Shown: positions 36,606 through 46,049 of the stretch, in pieces
Layout of the letters: every line of letters starts with the position of its first letter
Position numbering within the stretch: position 1 is the first letter of the stretch
From: Candidatus Saccharimonadota bacterium
GTDB taxonomy: Bacteria; Patescibacteriota; Saccharimonadia; Saccharimonadales; Saccharimonadaceae
Assembly: GCA_016196195.1 (NCBI GenBank)
Contig: JACPYF010000010.1
Span: 4,110 to 68,109, forward strand
Reading direction: 5' to 3'
Length of the DNA stretch: 64,000 bases
Translations under genes and position numbers: made by a program
Notes under the pieces: model-generated
The model's input: the letters and a program-made list of their open reading frames with translations, nothing else
Told to the model about the DNA's origin: nothing
The model's database searches: none

Positions 36606-36859
36606 AAAAGAATGACTTTGCAGCAATAGTTTTAATTGCATCTATTAGCCTTTTATTTGCCTGGTTTACGGCCAGCGCATTGATCGGTGAGCCCAAAAAG
36701 TCTGCTCAGATAGTCAAAACCGTCGATGTCATCAGCATAGAGGTTGATGACCCAGACAAGGAAGTTTTCAAGAACACCAAGAACGAAAATGAGCGGCCAA
36801 TTAACCCAACAGTCGAGAGATCTATCGGTAAGTCTTCGGACAGTTTGCCGTTTAATTAA
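36602..36859 (+). CDS. small bitopic membrane protein in the pilus operon
   Basis: 85 aa with TM segment AAIVLIASISLLFAWFTASALI. ATGA overlap with the upstream gene. Confidence 0.5.
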   Translation: MKKNDFAAIVLIASISLLFAWFTASALIGEPKKSAQIVKTVDVISIEVDDPDKEVFKNTKNENERPINPTVERSIGKSSDSLPFN

Positions 36860-36871
36860 AGGAGCATCAAC

Positions 36872-38638
36872 TTGGCGCTTCTAACAGATGAAATACAAAA
36901 GAATCTCAAAACCCTACTAGCCGAGGAGGGCCTGGTTAGTGCTAGCGTCATAAAAGAGTACGAAAAGCGATCCAAGGCGGATGCGGCACCCTTTGTCGGT
37001 ACTTTATTAAAAGACGGAATCGTTAGTAATGAAACAATGACGCATTGCATAGCGTATGTCTCTGGAGTGCCATATGTAAATTTGGCTGATGTGCCAATTG
37101 ATCAAAAAATACTGAGCTTGTTGCAGCTAGAAATAGCCGAGAGATTCATGGCCGTGCCGCTAGGTGAAGTGTCTGGCCGCCTGGCCGTGGCAATGTTAGA
37201 TGCGAACAATATTCAAGCAGTAGATTTCTTGGCCAACAAAATTGCTAGGCCGCTAAAAGTATACATGGCTAGTGAAGTTGGTATTCGTAATGTTATAGCG
37301 CAGTACAAGACAGACTTTTCTAGTGTTGATGCCGCCGTTGATGCTGTGCAAACCGAAAAGGATCAGACGGCTCAGGCCTCTGGTGATGTGAAAACTATTG
37401 TTCAAGATTCACCCATCTCTAGAGCGCTTAGTACTATTTTAGAAAATGCAGTTCGTTCAAAAGCATCTGATATTCACATAGAGCCGATGGAGACGCAGCT
37501 CAAGATTCGTGATCGAGTTGATGGTGTGTTGCGTGAGATCATGCAGCTGCCCAAAAGTATCGAACCAGCGCTAGTGAGTCGTATCAAGATCTTGGCAAAC
37601 CTAAAGATTGACGAACACCGCGTGCCGCAGGACGGTCAATTTGCGGTTGTCGCTGCCGGCAAAGAGGTTGATCTGCGTATTTCTATATCACCAGTTGTTT
37701 GGGGCGAGCAGGTAGTCATTCGTTTGCTAGACAAAACCGGTAACTCGTTTGATATAGAAGAAATGGGCTATGCCGGTAGGGCACTAAGAACTATTAGAAA
37801 AGGGCTGCAAAAGCCAAATGGCATGATCATTACGTCCGGCCCGACCGGCTCGGGTAAATCGACTTCACTGTATGCTCTAGTCCAAGAGATTAAAGACGAG
37901 AGTATAAACATAGTAACTCTGGAAGATCCAGTTGAATACAAGATGAAAGGCGTTAATCAAATTCAGGTTAATCCGGACGTGGGCTTAACATTTGCCAACG
38001 GTCTGCGATCAATTTTGCGTCAGGATCCGAACGTTGTCATGGTTGGTGAGATCCGTGACAAAGAAACTGCCGAGCTGGCCGTTCAGGCGGCTTTGACCGG
38101 TCACTTGGTGTTTACTACCTTGCACACAAACTCTGCTGCGGGTGTTTTGCCGCGGCTGCTAGATATGGGCATTGAGCCGTTTTTGATCGCGTCTACCGTA
38201 AATACCATTATCGGTCAGCGTCTGGTTCGTCGCGTAGCCTCGGAGCGCGAAACCTATCAGTCAAACGAGATAGAAACAAAGAGTATTCTAGATAATATTG
38301 GTCATTTGTTACCAAAAACAAAGGCGGAGGTAGCCAAGGTTTCAGAAGATCTAGGCTACGAGGACTTGCCACTAGCCGGGCAAAGCGCTTATACTTTAGT
38401 GAAGGGTATTGATAGCCCTAGAACGCCAGGCGGTTATTCTGGGCGTGTTGGATTGTACGAAGTCATAGACATGACGGAAGAAATCCAAAACCTAGTTATC
38501 CAACGAGCAACTAGTCCGCAGATTGAGAAGGTAGCGATTCAGCAAGGACTAGTAACAATGCGTCAGGATGGTTATTTCAAGGTTTTACAGGGATTAACAA
38601 CCATTGACGAAGTAAATAGGGTGTCGGCGGGGCTATAA
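36872..38638 (+). CDS. pilB: type IV pilus extension ATPase PilB (GspE family)
   Basis: TTG start after AAAGGAG. T2SSE N-domain, Walker A SGPTGSGKST, Asp box, Walker B VMVGEIRD, His box TGHLVFTTLHTN. Confidence 0.93.
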   Translation: MALLTDEIQKNLKTLLAEEGLVSASVIKEYEKRSKADAAPFVGTLLKDGIVSNETMTHCIAYVSGVPYVNLADVPIDQKILSLLQLEIAERFMAVPLGEVSGRLAVAMLDANNIQAVDFLANKIARPLKVYMASEVGIRNVIAQYKTDFSSVDAAVDAVQTEKDQTAQASGDVKTIVQDSPISRALSTILENAVRSKASDIHIEPMETQLKIRDRVDGVLREIMQLPKSIEPALVSRIKILANLKIDEHRVPQDGQFAVVAAGKEVDLRISISPVVWGEQVVIRLLDKTGNSFDIEEMGYAGRALRTIRKGLQKPNGMIITSGPTGSGKSTSLYALVQEIKDESINIVTLEDPVEYKMKGVNQIQVNPDVGLTFANGLRSILRQDPNVVMVGEIRDKETAELAVQAALTGHLVFTTLHTNSAAGVLPRLLDMGIEPFLIASTVNTIIGQRLVRRVASERETYQSNEIETKSILDNIGHLLPKTKAEVAKVSEDLGYEDLPLAGQSAYTLVKGIDSPRTPGGYSGRVGLYEVIDMTEEIQNLVIQRATSPQIEKVAIQQGLVTMRQDGYFKVLQGLTTIDEVNRVSAGL

Positions 38639-38669
38639 TAATGAGTAAAGAGAAAAAAGGGTAGGCAAC

Positions 38670-39740
38670 ATGAAGGAAAACGATCTGAGGATAGAGATTT
38701 TACTAGAGGAAGTAGTGCGCAAGCATGCCTCTGACCTTCACCTGCAGGTTGCATTGCCTCCAATGCTGCGAATTGATGGGTCGTTGACTCCAGTCACTGG
38801 TTTTGATCCTTTGACCGAAGAGCAAGTAGAGACTTTAGTATTTGCTATTTTGGACGAAGAGCAACAACAAGTTCTATTAAAGGACAAAGAATTTGATTTC
38901 AGTTTCGCCTTTGGTGACCTGGGTCGTTTCCGTGTAAACGCCTTTCATGAAAGAGGTAACCTAGCTGCTGCACTGCGTTTGATTCCAAATGAGATTGCTG
39001 ATATTGCCTCACTAGGTATGCCGGCGATTATCAATAAATTTGCTGAGTATCCTCGTGGCTTAGTACTCGTGACTGGGCCAACAGGTTCAGGTAAATCAAC
39101 CACACTTGCGGCGCTTGTCGACAAGATTAACACTGAGCGATCACATCACATAATCACCATCGAAGACCCGATCGAGTTTACGCATAAGTCAAAACGATCG
39201 GTTGTAGTGCAGCGTGAAGTTCACTATGACACCTATAGTTTCTCGGCGGCCCTGCGTTCGGCCCTGCGTCAAGATCCCGACGTTGTGTTGATCGGTGAGA
39301 TGCGTGACCTTGAAACAATCTCGGCAGCCATTACTATCGCAGAAACAGGGCACCTGGTCTTTGCGACGCTTCACACCAACTCGGCGGCACAATCTATCGA
39401 TCGTATGATCGATGTATTTCCACCTCACCAACAGCCACAGGTCAGGGCGCAGCTAGCAAACATCCTGATGGGTATATGTTCACAGCGTTTGGTGCCGGCT
39501 ATTGGTGGCGGACGTATGGTTGCGGCCGAAGTATTGGTTGCAAACCCAGCTGTACGAAACATTATTCGTGAGGGCAAGAGCCACCAGCTTGATGCCGTGA
39601 TCCAGACCGGTGCAGACCAAGGTATGCAATCTATGGATCGCACGTTGGCAGACATGATACGCTCGGGCACAATTACTTATGACGAAGCACGTAACTTTGC
39701 TGTTGATCTGACCGAGCTCGACAGGATGATGAGAGGTTAG
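38670..39740 (+). CDS. pilT: twitching-motility retraction ATPase PilT
   Basis: ASDLHL, Walker A TGPTGSGKST, VLIGEMRD, TGHLVFATLHTNSA, and AIRNIIREGK-like motif AVRNIIREGK. Confidence 0.93.
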   Translation: MKENDLRIEILLEEVVRKHASDLHLQVALPPMLRIDGSLTPVTGFDPLTEEQVETLVFAILDEEQQQVLLKDKEFDFSFAFGDLGRFRVNAFHERGNLAAALRLIPNEIADIASLGMPAIINKFAEYPRGLVLVTGPTGSGKSTTLAALVDKINTERSHHIITIEDPIEFTHKSKRSVVVQREVHYDTYSFSAALRSALRQDPDVVLIGEMRDLETISAAITIAETGHLVFATLHTNSAAQSIDRMIDVFPPHQQPQVRAQLANILMGICSQRLVPAIGGGRMVAAEVLVANPAVRNIIREGKSHQLDAVIQTGADQGMQSMDRTLADMIRSGTITYDEARNFAVDLTELDRMMRG

Positions 39741-39747
39741 CTAAAAG

Positions 39748-40959
39748 GTGTTAACTTTTAACTACGAAGCCAAAGACCGCGCTAGCGGCAAGCATGTTAA
39801 GTCAACTGTTCAGGCCGACAGTGAAGCCGTTGCTTATAAGCTATTGGTAGAACAAGGTTACACACCTTCAAAGATCAGTGAACAGGGCAAAAATAGCAGC
39901 TTGATCGGTGCGGTAACGAATCGTATTACCACCAAAGATAGAGTGGTATTTTCACGACAGCTGGCAACCTTGATAGGTGCCGGTTTGCCGTTGTCTCAGA
40001 GCTTGCACACGGTTGTTGAACAGACAAATAACACCAGAATGAAATCAGTTGCTCAGGATATATTGACGTCGGTTGAAGGTGGTAAATCATTGGCCGAATC
40101 ATTTTCAAAACATACAGATGTATTTGATACAGTGTTCATAGCACTAGTCGAGGCAGGTGAGGCATCTGGAACTTTAGACAAGGCCTTAGAGCGTATTGCG
40201 GCTCAGCAGGAAAAAGACGCCGAGATGATGGGCAAAATCAAAGGTGCCATGATTTATCCGGCGATTGTGCTGATGGTTATCATGGGTGTGATGATATTTA
40301 TGTTACTAACCATCGTGCCTCAGATAGAGAAACTGTACAGTGACCTAAAGCAAGAACTGCCATTTATATCTCAAATTATGGTGAGCACGGCTAGTTTTTT
40401 GGTGAAATTTTGGTGGGCAGCTTTGATTGTAATTGGGGCGGTAGTGTACTTTCTAATCCGCTATTTTAAAACTCCAGAGGGTAGACACTTTTCGGACGCT
40501 ATAAAGCTGAATTTTCCTCTGATAGGTCCGCTGTTTCGTAAACTATACATGGCTAGATTTACCCGTACTGGTGCAACGCTACTGGCGACCGGCGTACCCA
40601 TGCTAGACGCTCTGGAGATATGTGCAAAGGCTGTCAATAACAGCTATGTTGCAAAATCTATATCTCATGCTGCAGAAAAGGTAAAGAACGGTAAGGGCTT
40701 GGCGGAATCATTAGAAAACGAAGACTACATACTGACCCTCGCACCGCAGATGATTGGTATTGGTGAAAAATCAGGACGGGTTGATGAAATGATGAGCAAA
40801 ACGGCTACTGTTTATGAAAATGAGCTAGATGCAGCTATAAAGGGTATCTCTACCATCATCGAGCCTATTTTGATGGTAGTTCTAGCAGTGGTGGCTGGCG
40901 GTATGGTTGGTGCAATCTTGTTACCGATATATCAGCTAGTAGGCAACATACACGTATAG
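39748..40959 (+). CDS. pilC: type IV pilus platform protein PilC (GspF family)
   Basis: GTG start. Duplicated GspF domain with FSRQLATLIGAGLPL and FTRTGATLLATGVPM. Confidence 0.92.
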   Translation: MLTFNYEAKDRASGKHVKSTVQADSEAVAYKLLVEQGYTPSKISEQGKNSSLIGAVTNRITTKDRVVFSRQLATLIGAGLPLSQSLHTVVEQTNNTRMKSVAQDILTSVEGGKSLAESFSKHTDVFDTVFIALVEAGEASGTLDKALERIAAQQEKDAEMMGKIKGAMIYPAIVLMVIMGVMIFMLLTIVPQIEKLYSDLKQELPFISQIMVSTASFLVKFWWAALIVIGAVVYFLIRYFKTPEGRHFSDAIKLNFPLIGPLFRKLYMARFTRTGATLLATGVPMLDALEICAKAVNNSYVAKSISHAAEKVKNGKGLAESLENEDYILTLAPQMIGIGEKSGRVDEMMSKTATVYENELDAAIKGISTIIEPILMVVLAVVAGGMVGAILLPIYQLVGNIHV

Positions 40960-40962
40960 GTA

Positions 40963-40991
40963 TTGCAAACAGAGGGCATATAGCATATTAT
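40963..40991 (+). promoter_or_regulatory. sigma-70-like promoter of the major pilin gene (TTGCAA-17-TATTAT)
   Basis: Hexamers at 40963-40968 and 40986-40991. An approximately 55-nt leader carries a GGAAAGGGTGGG purine tract before the ATG. Confidence 0.45.
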
Positions 40992-41053
40992 TAACCATAA
41001 GCGTAAAAGCTAATAAAAAATAAGGTTCATACGGAAAGGGTGGGAAAATCTTT

Positions 41054-41530
41054 ATGAACGCTCCACAGCTACAAAATAAAAAAGGATTCACGATTATCGA
41101 AGTTGTCTTGGTGCTAGCAATCGCAGCGCTTATCTTTTTGATGGTATTTATCGCGCTTCCAGCTTTACAGCGAAACCAACGTGATACAGCACGTAAGACC
41201 GTACTGGGTAAGGTCACGTCAGCTGTGACCAGCTATCAGTCAAACCATAGAGGTGCAAATCCAACAACGGAGGCTAATTTGGCAAAGTACGTAGATGCTG
41301 ATGCAAGTAACGTTATTGATAACGAGTACACCTTGCATGTTGATGCATACAGTGCTCTTTCAGGAACCGGCGGCAAAAAGGGCTCAGCTAAGGCTGATGC
41401 AGTCCAGGTGATTACAGGTGCAAAATGTGACCCAGCTACTAACTTGGCAATTCAGGGAACAAGCCAGCGTTCGGCAGTTGCTATAATAGAGCTTGAAAAC
41501 AGTGGTGAAACAATTTGTCAGGACGCTTAG
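41054..41530 (+). CDS. major type IV pilin (class III signal peptide)
   Basis: KKG|FTIIEVVLVLAIAALIFLMVF prepilin motif with Glu5. C-terminal Cys pair (KCDP...ICQD). Own promoter and terminator. Confidence 0.9.
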   Translation: MNAPQLQNKKGFTIIEVVLVLAIAALIFLMVFIALPALQRNQRDTARKTVLGKVTSAVTSYQSNHRGANPTTEANLAKYVDADASNVIDNEYTLHVDAYSALSGTGGKKGSAKADAVQVITGAKCDPATNLAIQGTSQRSAVAIIELENSGETICQDA

Positions 41531-41557
41531 TTAAATAAGTTTGCGAACCAAATAAAG

Positions 41558-41584
41558 AACTTCCTACGGGAAGTTTTTTATTTG
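41558..41584 (+). terminator. rho-independent terminator after the pilin gene
   Basis: AACTTCC-TACG-GGAAGTT followed by TTTTATTT. Confidence 0.75.
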
Positions 41585-41609
41585 TCTAAAACCTGCTATC
41601 ATAAAGCTT

Positions 41610-42437
41610 ATGGAAAAAACCTACTTTGCCCTTGTCCTATTTTTTGTTGGACTATGCCTGGGCAGTTTCGTAAATGCAGCTGTGTGGCGGATCAAACACA
41701 AAAAGGACCTACTGATTGCACGCTCAGAGTGTACTCATTGTCACTACAAACTAGAATGGTACGATCTGATACCAGTTCTCAGCTGGGTTTTTCTGCGTGG
41801 AAAATGCCGCAAGTGCCACAAGCCTATCAGCCCCCAGTATCCACTAGTAGAGCTATCAGTCGCAGCGTTCTTTGTCTGTAGCCTAGCTTTCTGGCCTATC
41901 AGCCTGGATAGCGTTAATCACTTGCTACAGTTTGGCATATGGCTCATGGCGGGTGTAGCCTTGGCTATTTTGTTTGTATACGATCTAAGATGGCTAATTT
42001 TGCCAGACAGGGTGGTCTTTCCGCTGATAGGACTTGGCGCCGCTAGTGCAATTCTTGTTGGTTTGGATGTGAGGAATCCTGGGTATTTTGTATTTAACCT
42101 TCTGGGATCGATCGCAATATTATCGGGATTCTATTTCTTGCTGTACATCATATCAAAAGGTAAATGGGTTGGTTTTGGTGATATAAAGCTCGGTCTCGGT
42201 CTGGCTTTGCTATTATGCAACTGGCAGCTAGCAATACTGGCGTTTTTCTTAGCCAATCTGATAGGAACACTCGTATTTGCGCCCGCTTTGTCTACGGGCA
42301 AAATCAAACGTACCGCGCATATACCATTTGGGCCATTTTTGATTGCAGGTTTTGTTATTGCAGGTTTGTTCGGGCATGACATTATTGATTGGTACATGGC
42401 CCTGACTTACTCGGGAATAATGATCAACACACCCTAG
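41610..42437 (+). CDS. pilD: prepilin peptidase PilD (A24 family)
   Basis: N-terminal CxxC...CxxC (CTHCHYK...CRKCHK) and multi-TM body with GFGDIKL aspartyl motif. Confidence 0.9.
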   Translation: MEKTYFALVLFFVGLCLGSFVNAAVWRIKHKKDLLIARSECTHCHYKLEWYDLIPVLSWVFLRGKCRKCHKPISPQYPLVELSVAAFFVCSLAFWPISLDSVNHLLQFGIWLMAGVALAILFVYDLRWLILPDRVVFPLIGLGAASAILVGLDVRNPGYFVFNLLGSIAILSGFYFLLYIISKGKWVGFGDIKLGLGLALLLCNWQLAILAFFLANLIGTLVFAPALSTGKIKRTAHIPFGPFLIAGFVIAGLFGHDIIDWYMALTYSGIMINTP

Positions 42438-42470
42438 TTAAACAGAGTGCTTATGCTATAATCAAAGCAA

Positions 42471-42956
42471 ATGGGCATCAAAAAACAAGATGGATTTACG
42501 ATCATAGAAATTTCTTTGTTTTTTGCTGTCTCGGGACTTTTGCTGATGACTATGATGACCGGCATTGGCTTGGCCGTACAGAGGCAGCGGTTTTCTGACG
42601 CAGTGAACAGTACTCAGAGCTTTTTGCAGCAGCAGTATAACGAAACGCAGATAACATTGAATGATCGTGACAATACAAATGATTGTGGCTCCTCTGTTGA
42701 TCCAAAAGGTACCAGCGACTGCCTGGTTATTGGAAAGATTGTTGATCTAGGATTAGAAAATCCTGGCGCACAAGTATCAACCATAAATTCCTACAGAGTG
42801 ATAGTTAACCAATCGGGGGCTGATGCTGCTGCAATAGCAGTCCCACCTCTAACAGACCTCGACATGCTCAATGACCCGAGCCTCAACACCAGGGCCATCA
42901 AAGATTCCAACAATGAGGTGAGTTATTTGATGCAGGCAACACCTCTCAGTCGCTAA
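42471..42956 (+). CDS. minor pilin / pseudopilin, N-terminal reading frame (apparently frameshifted)
   Basis: KKQDG|FTIIEISLFFAVSGLLL class III signal. The ORF stops at 42954-42956 while a start-less open frame continues to 43150. Confidence 0.75.
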   Translation: MGIKKQDGFTIIEISLFFAVSGLLLMTMMTGIGLAVQRQRFSDAVNSTQSFLQQQYNETQITLNDRDNTNDCGSSVDPKGTSDCLVIGKIVDLGLENPGAQVSTINSYRVIVNQSGADAAAIAVPPLTDLDMLNDPSLNTRAIKDSNNEVSYLMQATPLSR

Positions 42957-43150
42957 CAACGGGGGGCAAATCCATAGTTGCATTTTCACCGTCAACCAAT
43001 CCGCCGGCTAGTCCATCGGTCAAGGCATGTATAAATTCCGGAGATGTTAGTAACGCCAAGGCGCTACTAACGATAAAGCCTAACGGTAGCCAAGACGGAA
43101 TAACCGTAGGCTATGATCAAGACGCAGAGAGTTGGTGCAATGCTCCGTAA
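42917..43150 (+). pseudogene. start-less 77-codon open frame, probable C-terminal part of the preceding pilin in the -1 frame
   Basis: Hand translation gives GELFDAGNTSQSLTTGGKSIVAFSPSTNPPASPSVKACINSGDVSNAKALLTIKPNGSQDGITVGYDQDAESWCNAP*. It has no ATG/GTG/TTG, contains a Cys pair, and its stop overlaps the next gene's start region. Confidence 0.6.
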
Positions 43151-44084
43151 GTTTAACCTACAGAGGGGCGATACACTGACAGAGGTCATGTTTGCAACCG
43201 CAGTGGCCGCGCTAGTGATAGTCATTGCTATTACAGCTATGAATCGTAGCCTAGCTCAGACTCAGGCCTCCGTAGAGGCGACCTTCGTACGTCAGTCGAT
43301 AGATGCCGAGGGGGAGCTATTGAGATATGCCCGTGACCAATACAAGGCAGACCCCGAGGGCGCAAAAGGGAAGCCTTGGCGAGATGTTTTGGCACAAGCT
43401 ACCGCAAACACTGATGACAAAGCGAGCAAATACGGCACATGCCCCGGTGATGGTAGTTTTGCCTCGGATAGTTTTTTCATGACAGACAATTTAACAGCTC
43501 CTACGGTCCAGACGGTCAGTAGCATTAATCCGGCGGCTTCTTTCCAGCCTCCTACGTATGCCGATATTGGTCACGGTATATGGGTAGAAGCTATCAAAAG
43601 CCCTGCTTCGGTAAAGATTCCATATGTTGACCTACATATACGAGCCTGTTGGGATCCACCATATGATGGCCCCAAGGCATTGATAGGTACAATCATTAGA
43701 CTGTATTATGCAACGGATAACCCCGATGCGATAGCGCCAGTGATTCCGCCAGTACCGATTACTACAAACCTTTCCTTTACGCCTAGCAATCCTACTTTGC
43801 AATTTTGTTCTGACGGAGCCGGCAATACGGTCAATATCGACCAAGCAGACTTTCATACCGATCCGGGCACTCTATCAGTAACTGTTCCTGCCGGATTTAC
43901 CTATTCTAACCCCGTCAGCCCAACTGGTGACGGCACCATGATAATCAGCGCACCCGAAAGTGTATTCGTTAGTATTCCACCTGGCGGTCGTGATTATACT
44001 AATAATCAGTTGATATTGACCAATGGCGGTGGGGTAACCAGGCAAACATTTAATATTCATATATCACAGGCGCCTAGTTGTTAA
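43140..44084 (+). CDS. minor pilin-like protein
   Basis: LQRG|DTLTEVMFATAVAALVIVIAI, a class III-like signal with Glu5. ATG 43140 is preferred over 43113. Confidence 0.7.
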   Translation: MLRKFNLQRGDTLTEVMFATAVAALVIVIAITAMNRSLAQTQASVEATFVRQSIDAEGELLRYARDQYKADPEGAKGKPWRDVLAQATANTDDKASKYGTCPGDGSFASDSFFMTDNLTAPTVQTVSSINPAASFQPPTYADIGHGIWVEAIKSPASVKIPYVDLHIRACWDPPYDGPKALIGTIIRLYYATDNPDAIAPVIPPVPITTNLSFTPSNPTLQFCSDGAGNTVNIDQADFHTDPGTLSVTVPAGFTYSNPVSPTGDGTMIISAPESVFVSIPPGGRDYTNNQLILTNGGGVTRQTFNIHISQAPSC

Positions 44085-44093
44085 GGAAAATCA

Positions 44094-44795
44094 ATGATTA
44101 AAAAACGTACAGATAAATTCAATCCAAACCAAAAAGGCTTTACAATTACAGAGCTTTCAATTGCCATGTCCATGCTGTCTGTTCTGCTGATTATTATATT
44201 GATGAGCATCTTGAACATTATTAGTGTGTACAACAAAGGCATAACATTAAAGAGGGTAAACCAAAGTGGTCGAGCAATATCGGCAGAGATACAATCTGAT
44301 CTACGGCAGGCAAAATCGGGCGGCGGAGGCATAGGCGAACGTCACGACGAAGACACCAATAACGATGGCGCTACTGACGAAAACGACGCATTAACCGGTA
44401 TTTGCACAGGCAAGACTAGCTACATGTGGAATGTTTACAGAGACGGAGTTGTGCTGACTAACATCACATATGCTGATGTGCCCACCGAGCGTATTAGTTT
44501 TGTTAAATTTTCTGACGACGGCAAGTTCTGCAGGGAACCTGCCAGCAAGCCTACAAAAGCCCAGAGCAGTGTGTTGGTAGATGATGGTTTGGTTATAAAC
44601 GAGCCCGTCAGGCTTGATCCAGATAAAAACAATCGACATCAGTTAATTAGGTTTACTTTTACTATATCGACTGAAAATCAGGGCTCTGGTGCCGATACAG
44701 ATATCAGTGGTGGAGCTTGTCAGGGCGGAGCGGATCATGACTTTTGCGCTCTCAATACCTTTGTAGTGACATCATACGCAAAAGGTGTACAATAA
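44094..44795 (+). CDS. minor pilin-like protein
   Basis: NQKG|FTITELSIAMSMLSVLLIII class III signal. Confidence 0.75.
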   Translation: MIKKRTDKFNPNQKGFTITELSIAMSMLSVLLIIILMSILNIISVYNKGITLKRVNQSGRAISAEIQSDLRQAKSGGGGIGERHDEDTNNDGATDENDALTGICTGKTSYMWNVYRDGVVLTNITYADVPTERISFVKFSDDGKFCREPASKPTKAQSSVLVDDGLVINEPVRLDPDKNNRHQLIRFTFTISTENQGSGADTDISGGACQGGADHDFCALNTFVVTSYAKGVQ

Positions 44796-46045
44796 TGTTT
44801 AAGGTTACAAAAATGCATGCAATAAAAAATAAACAATCCGGCGTAGCATCAATCTTTGTGGTTGTTTTCTTTACGCTACTGATCAGTATCATAGTAGTCG
44901 GTTTTGTTCAGTTAGTTAACCAAGACCAGCGCCAATCCACAAACGCCGATTTAAACAGTAGCGCGTATGATTCCTCTCAGGCCGGTATAGAGGATGGCAA
45001 GAGAGCGCTAGAGCAGTACAAGAGAGACTGTATACAGACGAGCAAGACTAGTGATCCAGTGTGTACTCTTAAATACACTGACGCAGGCGGAGCATTAACT
45101 GGTGATTCTTGTTCGGCTCTACGCGACAAGATTGGTGTCAGTTTGGGGCTAGATACGTCTAGCACATCTGAGGTAAAGATAACTACCAACAACACAAATG
45201 ATCTTGATTTAGACCAGGCCTATACCTGCCTAAAGGTCAAATACAAAACGACTGACGCCAAGTATGATCTAGAAAGTGGCAGTCCAAACCTGATACCACT
45301 AAAAACCTCTGACGGGGCTCCTGAACCAGGAAGCATCGCAATCAATTGGTTTAACAAATCACAAGGACAGGCAACACCTGGTGGTGCTATTAGTAACTTT
45401 AGACTCCCAACCAGCTCTAGCAACTGGGGCAATAACAACCCTCCTATAATTCGGGCGCAAATCATGGCTTTGCCTCACGAGACTAGTGCTGGCACGACAG
45501 TTTCGCCTATTGATATGCAGGTAGTCGACGATAGCTCACGGGCTGTCTTCCTGTACCCCAGCACTGCCGGTACAGTATCGCCAATCGATATCGGTGCAAA
45601 TTATGATTCAGCTCGCACTAAGCCAAAGTATAGCCCAATTGCAGTAAAATGTGACCCGGAGGCCACATATACCTGTAGCGCTGTATTGACCGGCTTCAAG
45701 CCAGGTGCATCGACATATGATTACTACTTGCGATTAACTGCTATTTACAAAGACGCCCCAGTCCAAGTACAAATGTTTTCAAATACTACAGCAACCGGCA
45801 CGCCATTAGATTTTGATGGTGTTAATCCGGAAATAGACTCAACGGGGCGTGCAAATAATGTTTATCGACGACTCGTTAGCCGAGTTTCCCCGCAGGCAAA
45901 GTATGATGGCATAGATGTTAGTCAGGGAATATGCAAGGCTTTTCATTTAGCTGACTTTGCAACTACATATGGTAACGACGGCTGTCCAAAAGTCTGTCTA
46001 TACGAAGACGTGCCTTGTACAAATACTCCCGACGACAATCCATAG
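44795..46045 (+). CDS. PilX-like minor pilin / pilus assembly protein
   Basis: Start at TAATG overlap. KQSG|VASIFVVVFFTLLISIIVVGF (no Glu5). C-terminal DSTGRANNVYRRLVSRV resembles PilX-family ends. Confidence 0.65.
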   Translation: MFKVTKMHAIKNKQSGVASIFVVVFFTLLISIIVVGFVQLVNQDQRQSTNADLNSSAYDSSQAGIEDGKRALEQYKRDCIQTSKTSDPVCTLKYTDAGGALTGDSCSALRDKIGVSLGLDTSSTSEVKITTNNTNDLDLDQAYTCLKVKYKTTDAKYDLESGSPNLIPLKTSDGAPEPGSIAINWFNKSQGQATPGGAISNFRLPTSSSNWGNNNPPIIRAQIMALPHETSAGTTVSPIDMQVVDDSSRAVFLYPSTAGTVSPIDIGANYDSARTKPKYSPIAVKCDPEATYTCSAVLTGFKPGASTYDYYLRLTAIYKDAPVQVQMFSNTTATGTPLDFDGVNPEIDSTGRANNVYRRLVSRVSPQAKYDGIDVSQGICKAFHLADFATTYGNDGCPKVCLYEDVPCTNTPDDNP

Positions 46046-46049
46046 AGAT

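Noticed and set aside
41582-41881. 99-aa ORF overlapping the start of pilD in another frame
   Set aside because: The pilD frame (41610-42437) carries the prepilin peptidase motifs. The alternative frame begins inside the pilin terminator T-tract.
42961-42966. G6 tract as the slippage site that splits the minor pilin
   Set aside because: The tract lies downstream of the upstream frame's stop codon (42954-42956). Changes in its length cannot fuse the two frames. The shift must be between 42917 and 42953.
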